A DNA stretch of 64,000 nucleotides. Source: Octopus bimaculoides (lineage: Eukaryota). Both the position numbers and the translations under genes were made by a program. Below the pieces are notes generated by a model. The model was not told where the DNA came from, made no database searches, and saw only the letters and a list, made by a program, of their open reading frames with translations. This document shows positions 52,530 to 64,000 of the stretch, piece after piece. The stretch covers positions 116,978,129-117,042,128 of the forward strand of contig NC_068984.1 of NCBI RefSeq assembly GCF_001194135.2, given 5' to 3'. The stretch's first letter is position 1; every line of letters starts with the position of its first letter.

Positions 52530-52887
52530 NNNNNNNNNNNNNNNNNNNNNNNNNNNNNNNNNNNNNNNNNNNNNNNNNNNNNNNNNNNNNNNNNNNNNNN
52601 NNNNNNNNNNNNNNNNNNNNNNNNNNNNNNNNNNNNNNNNNNNNNNNNNNNNNNNNNNNNNNNNNNNNNNNNNNNNNNNNNNNNNNNNNNNNNNNNNNNN
52701 NNNNNNNNNNNNNNNNNNNNNNNNNNNNNNNNNNNNNNNNNNNNNNNNNNNNNNNNNNNNNNNNNNNNNNNNNNNNNNNNNNNNNNNNNNNNNNNNNNNN
52801 NNNNNNNNNNNNNNNNNNNNNNNNNNNNNNNNNNNNNNNNNNNNNNNNNNNNNNNNNNNNNNNNNNNNNNNNNNNNNNNNNNNNNNN
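52530..52887. other. Assembly gap in the probable 3' UTR
   Basis: N run; other gaps near 3947-4133, 7533, 15266-15422, 18677, 20470, 37227, 39016, 51718, 53793. Confidence 0.99.
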
Positions 52888-53161
52888 ATATATATATATA
52901 TGTACAATCAGTAACTGCAAAAGCTTCTACAAGCCAATGAAGGCAATCTATGAGGTTGTCCACCATGCTAGAAATAGCAGTCAAGTTCCCCTTAACCTCC
53001 CTCACCATTTTACTTCATAAAAGAAGGGCGACACAATATTTTTTTTTTTTTTTTTAATGAGCTTAATTAAAGAAATTTTAATTAACTGAAACGGCAACAT
53101 ATATTTACATAAATCTCATGTCTGTATTACCATTGAACTCTTATTTTAAACGTTAGAAAGT

Positions 53162-53167
53162 AATAAA
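53162..53167 (+). terminator. Candidate polyadenylation signal (second candidate 53305-53310)
   Basis: AATAAA in AU-rich sequence about 750 nt after the stop; real 3' end unknown, and a gap lies between. Confidence 0.3.
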
Positions 53168-54209
53168 ATAGATAAAGTAGCAAGAAGATAATCCTTAATG
53201 AGACTAATTAGAATCCAAATGACATTTTAAATACATATTTTTTATTCATATTTTGTTTTTTTTCCAGAGGGCTTTTATTTTTTTTTTTCTTAAATTAGTT
53301 TAAGAATAAATAATTTGGAAGCGACATTTACAACAAGACGTTTAATATTGTCCCTCATCTTCAACTCAACACATCCCTTCCATCATGACAAGGGCTATCA
53401 AGAAGGTTACGGGGGTCCCTGTATTGAGCAAATGAGGGTGCTTCTATGTGGGTACTTGATGAGCTAGAAATAGTAAGCATCACTCCCTTTGATCCTGATA
53501 TATGAAAGGACACTCATGCTAGAACGCCTTTGACCACAGGTCTTTTCAACCAAGGCAGATCTGTGGTTAAATAACAACCACTGACAACATCCAATACTAA
53601 AAATGTTCTCAACAATCATTCTCCCACTCCTCAACTTAACCATTGTCATCACTATCAACAACAACAAATAAAGACATCTTTATGTTGTTGATTACCTGCT
53701 AGAAATAGCAGCTAAATTTATCTTTAATTACACCCAGCAATCTTGTAAAAAAAAAAAATAACACATTGTGCAAATAGTCCTAAATCTTGGGGNNNNNNNN
53801 NNNNNNNNNNNNNNGGGGGGGGGGGGCAAAATGGGCAGGATGGCCATAGCTGGAATGCCTTTAATCAAAAGTCTACTCAGTAGGATTAAACAACAACAAC
53901 AACTCACCTCCAATTCTCCCCACCTCTGCCTTCTAATTTACCACAACTACTGCCACCACCGCTACTACCACAATTACTAGCGACAATACTGTATAATATC
54001 TTCAGCACCCTTCTTCCACTTCATCATGTCTACTGCTCCCACCACCACCACCGCCGCCACCACCATCACCATCACCACCCATACTAGCAAGTACTTAATT
54101 GTCCTAATAACAATTTCTCTCAGTTTCTCACAGCTAATGACATCGACAACTGCGTACATAGTTGTTGATAAAATGGAATTTTCTTGGAGATGAATATTAT
54201 AATTATTAG

Positions 54210-54243
<34 letters not shown>

Positions 54244-54249
54244 GGATGG

Positions 54250-54632
54250 TTAAAGGCAGTGGATTGGCAGAATTGATAGAGCACTCAACGAAATGCTTTG
54301 CAATATTTAGTTGTGGCTCTTTGCATTCTGAGCTCAAATCCTTTGGAGGTCTATTTTTGCCTTTCGTCCTTCCAGGGTCAACAATAACACCAATCAAGTA
54401 CTGATATAATCAGCTCTTTTCACCCTTAATTTCTGGTTTTGTGCCTATGTTAGGAATTATTATTATTATTTGTCTTTACATTCTTAAGTTCAAAATACTG
54501 CTGGGATCAACTTTGCCTTTTTTTATCCTTTCAGGGTTGATAAAATAAGCACCAGTCGAGCACTGGAGTTGATGTCATCGACTTACCCCACTCCTCTGAA
54601 ATTGCTGGCCTTGTGCCAAAATTTGAAACCAC

Positions 54633-54671
<39 letters not shown>

Positions 54672-57600
54672 AGAACTCCTCTCTATATCTATAAAACTTC
54701 TGTTGAGCTACTTCAGTCCTACATAAACTAGAAAAATGAATTAGACTGACATGTTTATTTTGAACCTGTGGAAGGTACACAAGATGCCGAAATATAGTTC
54801 AATTACAAATAAATAACTGTTGCTTTCGAGTCGCGCATTTCGTCATTAAGTTTGCCTTGGTGATGGATTACGTCAGTTATGTTTACCTTAGTGATGGTTT
54901 GTGTCAATTGTATACAAGTGAAGAACTCTTCTCTCTATATCTATTATTATTATTATTATTGTTATTATTGGCAAGCTGACAGAATTGTAAGCATGCCGAG
55001 CAAAACAGCTAACGTCATTCTGAGTTCAAATTCCACCTTCCTTTCATCCTTCCAGGGCAATAAAATAAGTATCAGTTGAGCACGGGGGGGTCGATGTAAT
55101 CAACTTGCCCCCTTCCCATACATTTCAGGCCTTGTGCCTAGAGTAGAAAGGGTTATTATTATTATTAATAATAATAGTAATAATATTGCAGTGGATGTGG
55201 TAGAGATCTGGAAAAAAAATGTCTTGCAGTAAATTAGTTTCATGCTTTTATTTCTGAGTTCAAATTCATCGCACGGATCATCCTATCAGAGCCATCAATA
55301 AAATAAAGTAATTCAAGGTAGATACTATGAGTCCTATATAATTGTCTGGCCCCTCCCTACCAGAAAAATAACGGAGTGGCTTTGCAACATCATTAGAAAA
55401 AAAAATAATGCTTTGTGGTATTTCCTTCTGCTATTTACATTCAAATCCTGCTGAGGTTAAATTTGCATTTCATCTTTTAAGGTCCTTGTCAAAATTTCCA
55501 CCCTCAAAATTGCTGGCTTTGTACCAAAACTAGAATTATAATTACTGTTATTAGTGAAGACATCACAGTATCCAATACTGTGATGTGGATTGAAGATATT
55601 GTGTCTACCAGGGGTTTGTACACTCTGTCAAGTCACAGCAAGGACTTCAGACACTGTACTTTATACAGTATGCATGCAATTATTAATATTTATTATTATT
55701 ATTATTATTATTTTTCTTATGGTGGTGAGCTGGCTGAATCATTAACATGTTGGACAAAATGATCAGTTGCATTTCTTCTGGCTCTTTATGTTCCGAGTTC
55801 AAATCTTGCCAAGGTCAACTTTGCAGTTCATTCTTTTTATATTGATAAAATGAAGCATGAGCCAAGCACTAGGGATTGATGTAATCAATTTGACTCTCTC
55901 CTCAAAATCTGAAAGACTTATTATTATTATTATTATTGTTATTTTTATTATTATTATTATTAAGGCAGTGAGCTGGCAGAATCGTTAGCACACCAGATAA
56001 AATGCTTAGTGGCATTTCGTCTGCCTTTAGGTTCTGTGTTCAAATACTGCCGAGGTCGACTTTGCCTTTCATCCTCTTGGGGGTTGATGAAATAAGTACC
56101 AGTTGAGCACTGGGGTCGAGATAATCGACTTACCCGCCCCCAAACTTGATGGCCTTGAGCCAAAATTTGAATCCATTATTATTATTATTGGGACTACAGA
56201 TTTGGCAGAATTGTTAAAGAATCGGACAGAATACCTGGTGGCATACCTTCTGGCTCTTTGCACCATGGGCATTAGTAGTTCAAATCTCATTCAGGTCTCT
56301 CTTTCATCCCTCTTGGCTTGATAAAAATAAGGCACCAGTCAAGTATTGGGGTTGACAGTATCAAAGTATCCCACTCTCCCAAAATTTCAGGCCTTGTGCC
56401 AATGCTGGAAATATTTATTCTCATTATCGCAGTGATAGATTGCCAGAAACGTATGAGCACCAACAAATGCCTTGCAGTGTTCTAGATCTTTGTGTTCCTA
56501 ATTCAAGTCTTGGTGATGTAAAATTTACGTTGCTTGGGGTCGATAAAATAAAGTACCAGACAAGTTCTGGAATCAATGTAATCAACTCTTTCCTCACCTC
56601 AAATTTCAAACCCTGTTTCAACATAAGAAACTGTTTTATTATTGTTATCATCATCATCATCATCATTATCATCATCATTAAAGTGGTGAGCTAGCAGAAT
56701 CATTATTGCACCGGATGAAATGCTGTGAAGCATTTTGTCTGTCTATACATTCTGAGTTCAAGTTCCACCAAGGTCAACTTTGCCTTTCATCCTTCCAGGG
56801 TTGCTAAGACAAGTACCAGTTGTACACTGGGGTTGTTGTAATCGACTTGGCCCTTCCCCTACAAATTTGCTGGCCTTGTGCCAAATTTGAGACCCATTAT
56901 TATTATTATTATTATTGTATACGTACAAGTCTCACGGGCATCCCTCAAATTTTCCTGACCATAAGACTTTTTTAAAGGCGGCGAGCTGGCAGAATCGTTA
57001 GCATGCTGGGTGAAATGCTTAGTGGCATTCCATCTGTCATTACGTTCTGAGTTCAAATTCTGCCAAGGTCAACTTGGCCTTTCATCCTTTTGGGGTTGAT
57101 AAATTAGATATCAGTTACACACTGGACTCGATGTAATCGACTAGCCCCCTTCCCAAAATATTTCAGGCCTTGTGCCTATAGTAGAAAGGATTATTATTGT
57201 AGTGGTGGTGGTGGTGGTAGTTAATGACAGAAACAATGCCGGACATAATGCCTTGTGGTGTTTAATTAGATCTCTTTATGTTCCAGTGTGTTTGACATTG
57301 CCTTTTCATTTCTAATGAAATAATATACCTGTCGAATATACTGAACTTGATATAATCAACTACACTCACCCCACCAAAGTTTGTGGCCTTGTGCCGACAT
57401 TATAAACAATTATTATTATTATCATCATCATTATTATTATTATTATTACTGATGTATAGTTTATTTCTTTTTACTTAATTTTCAATGGTGTGCTTCACAG
57501 AATAAAAGGTAAGCTTCTAGCAAGCTGAATTTACAAGTTTGGTTTGTGCTGCTCCCCCCCACTGAAGCTGATTGAATTTACTTTCCTTATCCAGCTAATA

Positions 57601-57960
57601 TACCCCTAAGGAAAGGCATGAATGTTTCATAAATTCAATCTTTATGTTATTTATTTTTTTGGGTCCTACTAAGTCAAGAAATGTTTTACTTTCAATAAAT
57701 ATATTATAGATATTATAATTATAATTTTTTTTAATATTAGGGCAGAGGATTGGCAGCATTCATTAGAGCATCAGACATAATCCCTTGTGGTATTTAGTTG
57801 TGTTACTCTAAGTTCTGAATTCAAGTCCTGCCAAGGTCAACTTTGCCTTTCATCTCTTTGGAGCTGTTGAAATAAAAGTACCATTAAAGTACTAGGGTTG
57901 GTTTAACTGACCAACTGCTGCCATGTAAAAAAACACAAAACGTTTCTGGCTCTTCGACTG
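54250..57960 (+). mobile_element. Array of about 12 family C SINEs (Nin-domain-like), head to tail
   Basis: Recurrent GAGCTGGCAGAAT head, GAGTTCAAAT B box, ACTTTGCCTTTCATCC...GATAAAATAAGTACC core and GGCCTTGTGCC end, each followed by (ATT)n; starts near 54250, 54480, 54970, 55190, 55720, 55961, 56190, 56430, 56680, 56975, 57230, 57740. Confidence 0.85.
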
Positions 57961-58599
57961 TTAGAAACAATTAAAACAATTATTGATTTTAATATATTTA
58001 TCATTAATTCAATATTATTATTCTAATTTTCTGACATTAAAAAAAAAAAAAATCATTCAAATTATAGAAAGAAAAAAAATGAAAAAAAATGTGAAAAGAA
58101 AAAGGGAAAAATTGATTTTTTTTTTTCTTGAATTCTGTTGGTTCCATAGAATGGCAAAGTAAATGCAACTTTTTTTTCTTTTTTCTTTTTTGTAAATTTA
58201 CTATGATTTTCATGTTGAATTTTTAACAATCATATATTAAGATGGTCAATATGTGAAATTCAAGCATGTAAGCTACAAACCAACTACTATGGACCAACAC
58301 TGTAACATATTCCACATTGTGAATAAAGTGCATTCTATTTTTCTATACAACTTTCCTTTATCTCTCTCTTTACCTTATTTATTTTTTGCTTTTCCATTGT
58401 TGTACTTCAATTTGTTTTTCTTTTTTATGCTTGCATATTGATAACAAGGTTTCTCACAAAATTTATTACACTTACATATTGCTGAAGCAATTGTTTTGGA
58501 ATTAGTTTGTCAAACAAGCAAACTTAGGTGTTCATAGATGAAAAGCAGGCCAAACATGATCAAGCTGTCTTCATTTATTCATTTATTTTTAAGTACACT

Positions 58600-58840
58600 A
58601 TCTAATTAGTTTGTCCATATTACTCCATAGGAAGCATAGGGCTGTGACTGTTTCATGCCAGTGAACATGATCTTAGGCTTCCTCCTTGATTTCAGACCAA
58701 GAAAGACCTATTACTTGCGTTTCATCCTGTATACATCATTTCCAGGTCTTAGGTTGTCCAACTTCCCTCTTTCCTTCAGGTTGCAAGCCGAACACTTGTC
58801 TTGCAATCCTGCTTGATGGTTTCTTAAGTGTGTGGTTGAT
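58600..58840 (-). mobile_element. RTE-type LINE 3' tip (second lineage)
   Basis: Minus strand gives HTLRKPSSRIARQVFGLQPEGKR...PKTWK, similar to the RTE C-terminus HTLRKP...WNPQGKR..GRPK.TW. Confidence 0.6.
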
Positions 58841-59006
58841 GCAGCATCATTTCGTTTTCAGAATTTCTTGACTGTTGGGTGTTTGGTTTGTTCTGTCCCA
58901 CAGACACTATCTTATAGGATTACATTAATGTGTCCTACATTTTATTGTGGTAGTGTGCTTTGTGGAGATTTGAACTGCTTTTTGTTGCAGCTTAAAGTCC
59001 TTTGTT

Positions 59007-59375
59007 GTGGAGGCGCAATGGCCCAGTGGTTAGGGCAGTGGACTCGCGGTCATGGGATCGTGGTTTTGATTCCCAGACCGGGCGCTGTAAGTGTTTATTG
59101 GGCGAAAACACCTAAAGCTCCACGAGGCTCCGGCAGGGGATGGTGGCGAACCCTGCTGTACTCTTTCACCACAACTTTCTCTTACTTCCTGTTTCTGTTG
59201 TGCCTGTAATTCAAAGGGTCAGTCTTGTCACGCTGAATATCCCCGAGAACTATGTTAAGGGTACACGTGTCTGTGGAGTGCTCAGCCACATGCATGTTAA
59301 TTTCACGAGTAGGCTGTTCCGTTGATTGGATCAAATGGAACCCTCGATGTCGTAAGCAATGGAGTGCCAACAACA
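59007..59375 (+). mobile_element. tRNA-derived SINE family B with 13-bp TSD
   Basis: Head GGAGGCGCAATGGCCCAGTGGTTAGG; tail GTTCCGTTGATTGGATCAAATGGAACCCTC...CAACAAC; AAAGTCCTTTGTT at 58994-59006 and 59376-59388. Confidence 0.9.
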
Positions 59376-60419
59376 AAAGTCCTTTGTTAGCTTGTTGATG
59401 TTTTTCTTTGCCCAAGTTCATAACACTGCTCATAACACTGCTCATAACAAGTATCAAGATTCGACTCAAGTTGTCTTTCTTTTTTTTGTCAGTTTTGTAT
59501 TGTCCTTGAAGACATTCTGTTTCAGTATGTATGAATACGAGTCAGAATTTAGTTGAATTTACAACCTTCTGTTTCATCTTCAACAGAACTTCACCCTTTT
59601 ACAATACGATGCTACTTTATACTCATTTTAGTGACAAGTTAACATACATGGAATATTTTCAACAAGACCTCTTCTTATTCCATTCCTCTTGTGTTTCTTT
59701 GAGAAGATGCACATATTGCACCAGCCTGTTGCTGCACTAAATAAAACTTGTGTTGTCACTAAGAAAATCATTGGCTGTTAATATCATCATCATCATCGTC
59801 GTCGTTTAACGTCCGCTTTCCATGCTAGCATAGGTTGGACGATTTGACTGAGGACTCGTGAACCAGATGACTACACCAGGCTCCAGTCTGATTTGGCAGA
59901 GTTTCTACAGCTGGATGCCTTTCCTAACGCCAACCACTCCGAGAGTGTAGTGGGTGCTTTTACGTGCCACCGGCACGAAGGCCAGTCCAGCGGCACTGGC
60001 AACGATCTCGCTCGAATGACTTTTCACGTGCCAGGAAGGCGACGCTGGTAACGATCACGCTCGAACGGTGGTGCCATCACGATTTCGCTTTCGCTTGCCC
60101 CGACAGGTCTTTGCAAGCAGAAATTTCAATTCAACCAAAACTTCTATAGAAAGCAAGGGAGACTACTTTTACTTATTGTGACAAAATTTTGTTTCCTGTT
60201 CAGCAGCTGCAGCCGTTGAATTATTTTCACTACGTGATTTTAAGCAGCCATTAATATCCGTTATTATTCAATAGCAATCAGCCTAATTTGAAAGTTGTAA
60301 CAGCCTCACCACTCGGTACTGATGCGTCGGAATGATCGAGTAATTTTTGCTTCTGTGAAACTTTGAGTATTGCAAATCTAATTTTAAACTTCGTGCGCAC
60401 ACATATATATATATATATG

Positions 60420-61156
60420 TGTAACGATTGGGTTTTTGTTTGTAGCGATGATAATTTTGTGTAGTTACCAATTGTAACGGTTGTAAGATGAACGAAGAAG
60501 AGTGATCGAAGTTGTAAAGAAATATTTATTTACCGTTACTTTAATAAATGTCATACCACGACGGGTAGGTTAACGTAATAGTATAACACAGTTCGTAAAG
60601 CATGCATGGTAAAGAAAGTTAATTTCGGCCTGTATATGTGTGTACATAATCTTGTAGCAGTATATAGATGTAGATATGATAATGTTACAGAGAAAAGAAA
60701 GTGAGCTAGTGAAAGTTTTAGAGGCGAGAGAAGTTGTGTCTCATGGCTGGTTGTAACCTTCTTTCTCCCTCTGGTCAAGGTTCTAGCTGGTCAGCCAGAC
60801 TTCGTTCTCACTGAGTCGTCACCATGTGACTGGACTGGTTGGGTCTTCACCAACTGGTGACTAAACTCAATTTTGCTTGGGGGTTCCTTGCTTTTATAAC
60901 TATCTAGAAGGATAGATATATTATGGAGAACAATAGATTTAGTTGGTGGTCTTGTTATCTCTATTCTAGCTTTTGGTGATGTAGAAGAGGTTAGAAAGGG
61001 TCAAGTGGTGAAGACATTGTTTCGGCCTAGCTAAAGGCATCTGGAAAATATTAAACTGCTATCAGAGAAAAACCGTGGGAAAAGTTCTGTTGCAGTGTTG
61101 ATTTAAATTTGGCTATAGTGGATCGAATCCACTTCATGCATGCAAGATCCACTACA
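60420..61156 (-). mobile_element. Probable solo LTR
   Basis: TGTA...TACA termini; TATG on both flanks (60416-60419, 61157-61160); minus-strand TATA-like TTATAAAAG near 60895 and AATAAA at 60525-60530, in LTR order. Confidence 0.55.
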
Positions 61157-61550
61157 TATGCATGCTTACACATATATAACCACGTGCCTCATAAGGAGAG
61201 AACAAGCAGGTGTGTCAATAGAGGTACCGAGTACTGCACTAACTACGGAGACGTTGGCCGTTTCTCATCACGATACTGAACTCGCCAGCAATACTCTTCA
61301 TTCTAGAGTAAACAGACAACTTACTCGTTAGTAGTGATGAGTGTTTCTGTCGTTAGCAATATTCCCGACGAATAAAGCATATACAATGAGTTCTTTCTAA
61401 CTCACTTGTACTTCATACACACCTCATAAGCATTGTGTTTCCACAATTGTTTTTACAATCTAATTGTCACAGAGTAAATACATAGATATGTATGTGTGCG
61501 TGAAAGAGCTAAGGACTTGTCCGAATATGACGAACCTATTATGTGTAGTC

Positions 61551-61944
61551 GCAGGAGTGGCTGTGTGGTAAGTAGCTTGCTTACCAACCACATGGTCCCG
61601 GGTTCAGTCCCACTGCGTGGCACCTTGGGCAAGTGTCTTCTACTATAGCCTCGGGCCGACCAAAGCCTTGTGAGTGGATTTGGTAGACGGAAACTGAAAG
61701 AATCCCGTCGTATATATGTATATATATATATATGTTTGTGTGTCTGTGTTTGTCCCCCAGCATTGCTTGACAACCGATGCTGTTGTGTTTACGTCCCCGT
61801 AGCTTAGCGGTTCGGCAAAAGAGACCTATAGAATAAGTACTAGGCTTCCAAAGAATAAGTCCTGGGGTCGATTTGCTCGACTAAAAGCGGTGCTCCAGCA
61901 TGGCCGCAGTCAAATGACTGAAACAAGTAAAAGAGTAAAAGAGT
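61551..61944 (+). mobile_element. tRNA-derived SINE family A, full length
   Basis: A box TGGCTGTGTGG, B box GGTTCAGTCCC, TGGCACCTTGGGCAAGTGTCTT core, internal (TA)/(TG) tract, (GTAAAAGA)n tail. Partial or diverged copies near 3776, 6185, 7365-7965, 10630, 23530, 24040, 39870, 42770, 44870. Confidence 0.88.
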
Positions 61945-62744
61945 CGTTCCTTAAAGCCCGACAGAATTTAAGAGTTTCTAACAATAAATAAGAAAAGCAA
62001 CAATCTAATTCAACAGACGTCACATTTTACCAGTGTTTGGTAGTAGAACTTGTAAAAGAATGTCGACTTACAAACGGTCATACTAAGAAACATAAGAAAT
62101 GAATGGAAATCAGTAGAATAACGTCAAATTTTTAAGGTCAGTTACTTTCTGTATAGGGCACCACATCAGAATGTTGTATCTGACCCACAATACGTTTCTT
62201 AATGTAGCCTATCTTATCACAAACAACACAAAATTTATGAACATTTTGCAAACACTTGCTCGCTCTTTTTATCAGAGGAAGTCCTGAAGCTGTATTAATA
62301 AAAAAACCGAAGTGTGTATCAGTAACAGATGAAAAGCATTCCGCAACGGTAGTGGAATTGCTAAATCATGATTTCTGTGTGTTACCATGTTATCAGTAGC
62401 AAATGTCCGCTGTCGGCTGCAGGCTTGGACAAATTTCATTTCTACTGATATAGAAAAACAGTGATAAACAAATCACTGGCGACAGAAATAGATGACGGGC
62501 ACTATACGTCGATACGAGAAGGTTTCTACTGCAGTTTGTAGTATACCCACGTTAAGTAAGATACACCGAATGCTATTTTGAACCAGTACTGTTTCCGTCG
62601 CTAATAACGAATTTTTACCCACCCTGGTATCTATTTGTGATGTGGTTATCACTGATTTTGTAAATTAGTCAGAGCGAAATTTGTCTAAGCATGCGGTTGA
62701 TAAAAGATGCTTGCAACTGGTGACGTGGCTTTAAGGGTATCGCG

Positions 62745-62923
62745 GAAGACCTGGCTGGAAGCCTAACATTCCGAGTTCTTTTACAGGGCTTAGAAAAACT
62801 GAAGGACCGTTGCAGTATGTGTGTGTATCTGAGAGGGGAATATGTTGAATAAAATCATAGTTAACTGATCTTCCTATATTTTCTTTCATCCAAATCCAGG
62901 AAACTTTTCAGCACACTTTTGTA
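62745..62923 (+). mobile_element. mariner 3' end fragment
   Basis: QGLEKLKDRCSMCVYLRGEYVE* (typical mariner C-terminus), then TIR-like AAACTTTTCAGCACACTTTTG and TA. Confidence 0.75.
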
Positions 62924-63137
62924 TATGGTCTGCAAATCTAACGGAGGCCTCAAAAGACATTTTAAGTCCCACAAAGATCAGGATTTAACTGCAGATTTTG
63001 GTGATCCAAATCGGATATGCAATCAATGTGGGTGTCTTTTTAATACATTGTCTGGTTTAAAAAGCCACATCAGACGCCATGATGGAACTAAGGTGTACAA
63101 GAGGCGGTCAGATTCTGCATAAGGAGTAGACAACCAT

Positions 63138-63140
<3 letters not shown>
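62922..63140 (+). mobile_element. C2H2 zinc-finger-encoding fragment, probably the 3' end of a LINE ORF2
   Basis: CKSNGGLKRHFKSH and CNQCGCLFNTLSGLKSHIRRH, stop at 63122, short tail then (TA)n; no TGEKP linkers; the first finger is cut at the mariner junction. Confidence 0.55.
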
Positions 63141-63171
<31 letters not shown>

Positions 63172-63743
63172 CGTATGTGTGTGTCTGTGTATACACTAGT
63201 GGTTCTTAACCTGGCCTTTTGTGTTCCATTGCGTCATGTGCTAACAAAGGGGCAGCAAATGTTGAGGACGCGTTGTGTGGTTATTGGGTATTTCACGGGG
63301 TCGTGACTTTTAAGAGAAATTTAATTAAACCAGGTAAAATTGAACCCGAGTTACTCAGTTCTCCAGGAGTTTTGCTACCCACCAATGCCCCAGTGCTTGC
63401 TACGCACTAGATATGCAATTATTGCTTGTTTATGTTTTATGAGTGATTTCGATCAAAACATCGAGAATGTGCATTGATTATACTAATACTGCAGCTTCTG
63501 TATACAGATGAGAGAAATGTAAATGGCTTGGGGGTTAATTTAATCTAGCTTTGTTATTGAATGTTTACAAGAACAACGTTAGTTATACATGTAAGCGATG
63601 TAAGGTTATCTGTTAATGAAGTGAAAGCATGTTACAAACAACCAATCTGATTTGACAATAAAGCAACGTTATGAAAATAAATGAAACATTCGCATATAAA
63701 GCGACTGCGAGGTTTACAACGGTCGAATGATTGCTTTTATTAG

Positions 63744-63793
63744 TATTATCGCTATTACCAATACCATTATTATTATCATTATTATTATTATTG

Positions 63794-63867
<74 letters not shown>

Positions 63868-63872
63868 ATTTT
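63744..63872. repeat. Compound (ATT)n/(GTT)n microsatellite
   Basis: Graded ATT to GTT trinucleotide run. Confidence 0.95.
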
Positions 63873-63961
63873 ATGTTTGACTTTTGTTTTGCATTTGTAC
63901 AAGTTGGATCCAAGTCTCACCCAGAGACCTCAAGAGACAACAAGTTAGAAGTTCATGTAGG

Positions 63962-63965
<4 letters not shown>
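63873..63965 (-). mobile_element. Very short 5'-truncated LINE 3' tip embedded in (AAT)n
   Basis: Unique 93-bp segment with an (AAT)/(AAC) tail on one side and (AAT)n on the other; family assignment is from recollection only. Confidence 0.45.

Positions 63966-64000
<35 letters not shown>

Noticed and set aside
57490-57515. Possible 8-nt micro-exon (CACAG|AATAAAAG|GTAAG)
   Set aside because: Downstream of the stop codon, not frame-preserving, and no supporting context.
54250-57960. CRISPR-like repeat-spacer reading of the SINE array
   Set aside because: Units are about 200-bp diverged SINEs with microsatellite tails in eukaryotic DNA; no short identical repeats and no cas genes.
59007-59080. 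tRNA gene reading of the SINE heads
   Set aside because: A/B boxes continue into a SINE body with tail and TSD; no complete cloverleaf evident.

Overview
AT-rich, microsatellite- and SINE-dense eukaryotic DNA with 10 N-gaps. The repeat landscape resembles a coleoid cephalopod (Octopus-type) short-read scaffold; this is an inference. Most ORF-track entries are microsatellite or chance ORFs. One real gene is supported: a + strand tetraspanin of the TspanC8 (Tspan5/14/17/33-like, ADAM10-regulating) subgroup. I assembled six coding exons from splice sites (33019-33207, 45246-45428, 46940-47074, 48956-49006, 50580-50699, 52284-52409; 267 aa, all junctions phase 0). The first coding exon was not found. 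The rest is a layered transposon record: at least three tRNA-type SINE families, an RTE-tailed family, RTE and R4/Dong-like LINE fossils, a Buster/Charlie hAT fossil with MITEs, mariner fossils, piggyBac-type MITEs and a probable solo LTR. Most notable non-genic structures: a same-strand head-to-tail array of about a dozen diverged SINEs separated by (ATT)n tails (54.2-58.0 kb), a cluster of fold-back hairpins in the 12-kb intron (40.1-40.5 kb), and a CpG-poor domain (about 21-59.8 kb) interrupted by a CpG-retaining island (41.4-43.4 kb). I see no strong evidence of a wholly new biological system; the novel-looking items are hypotheses.
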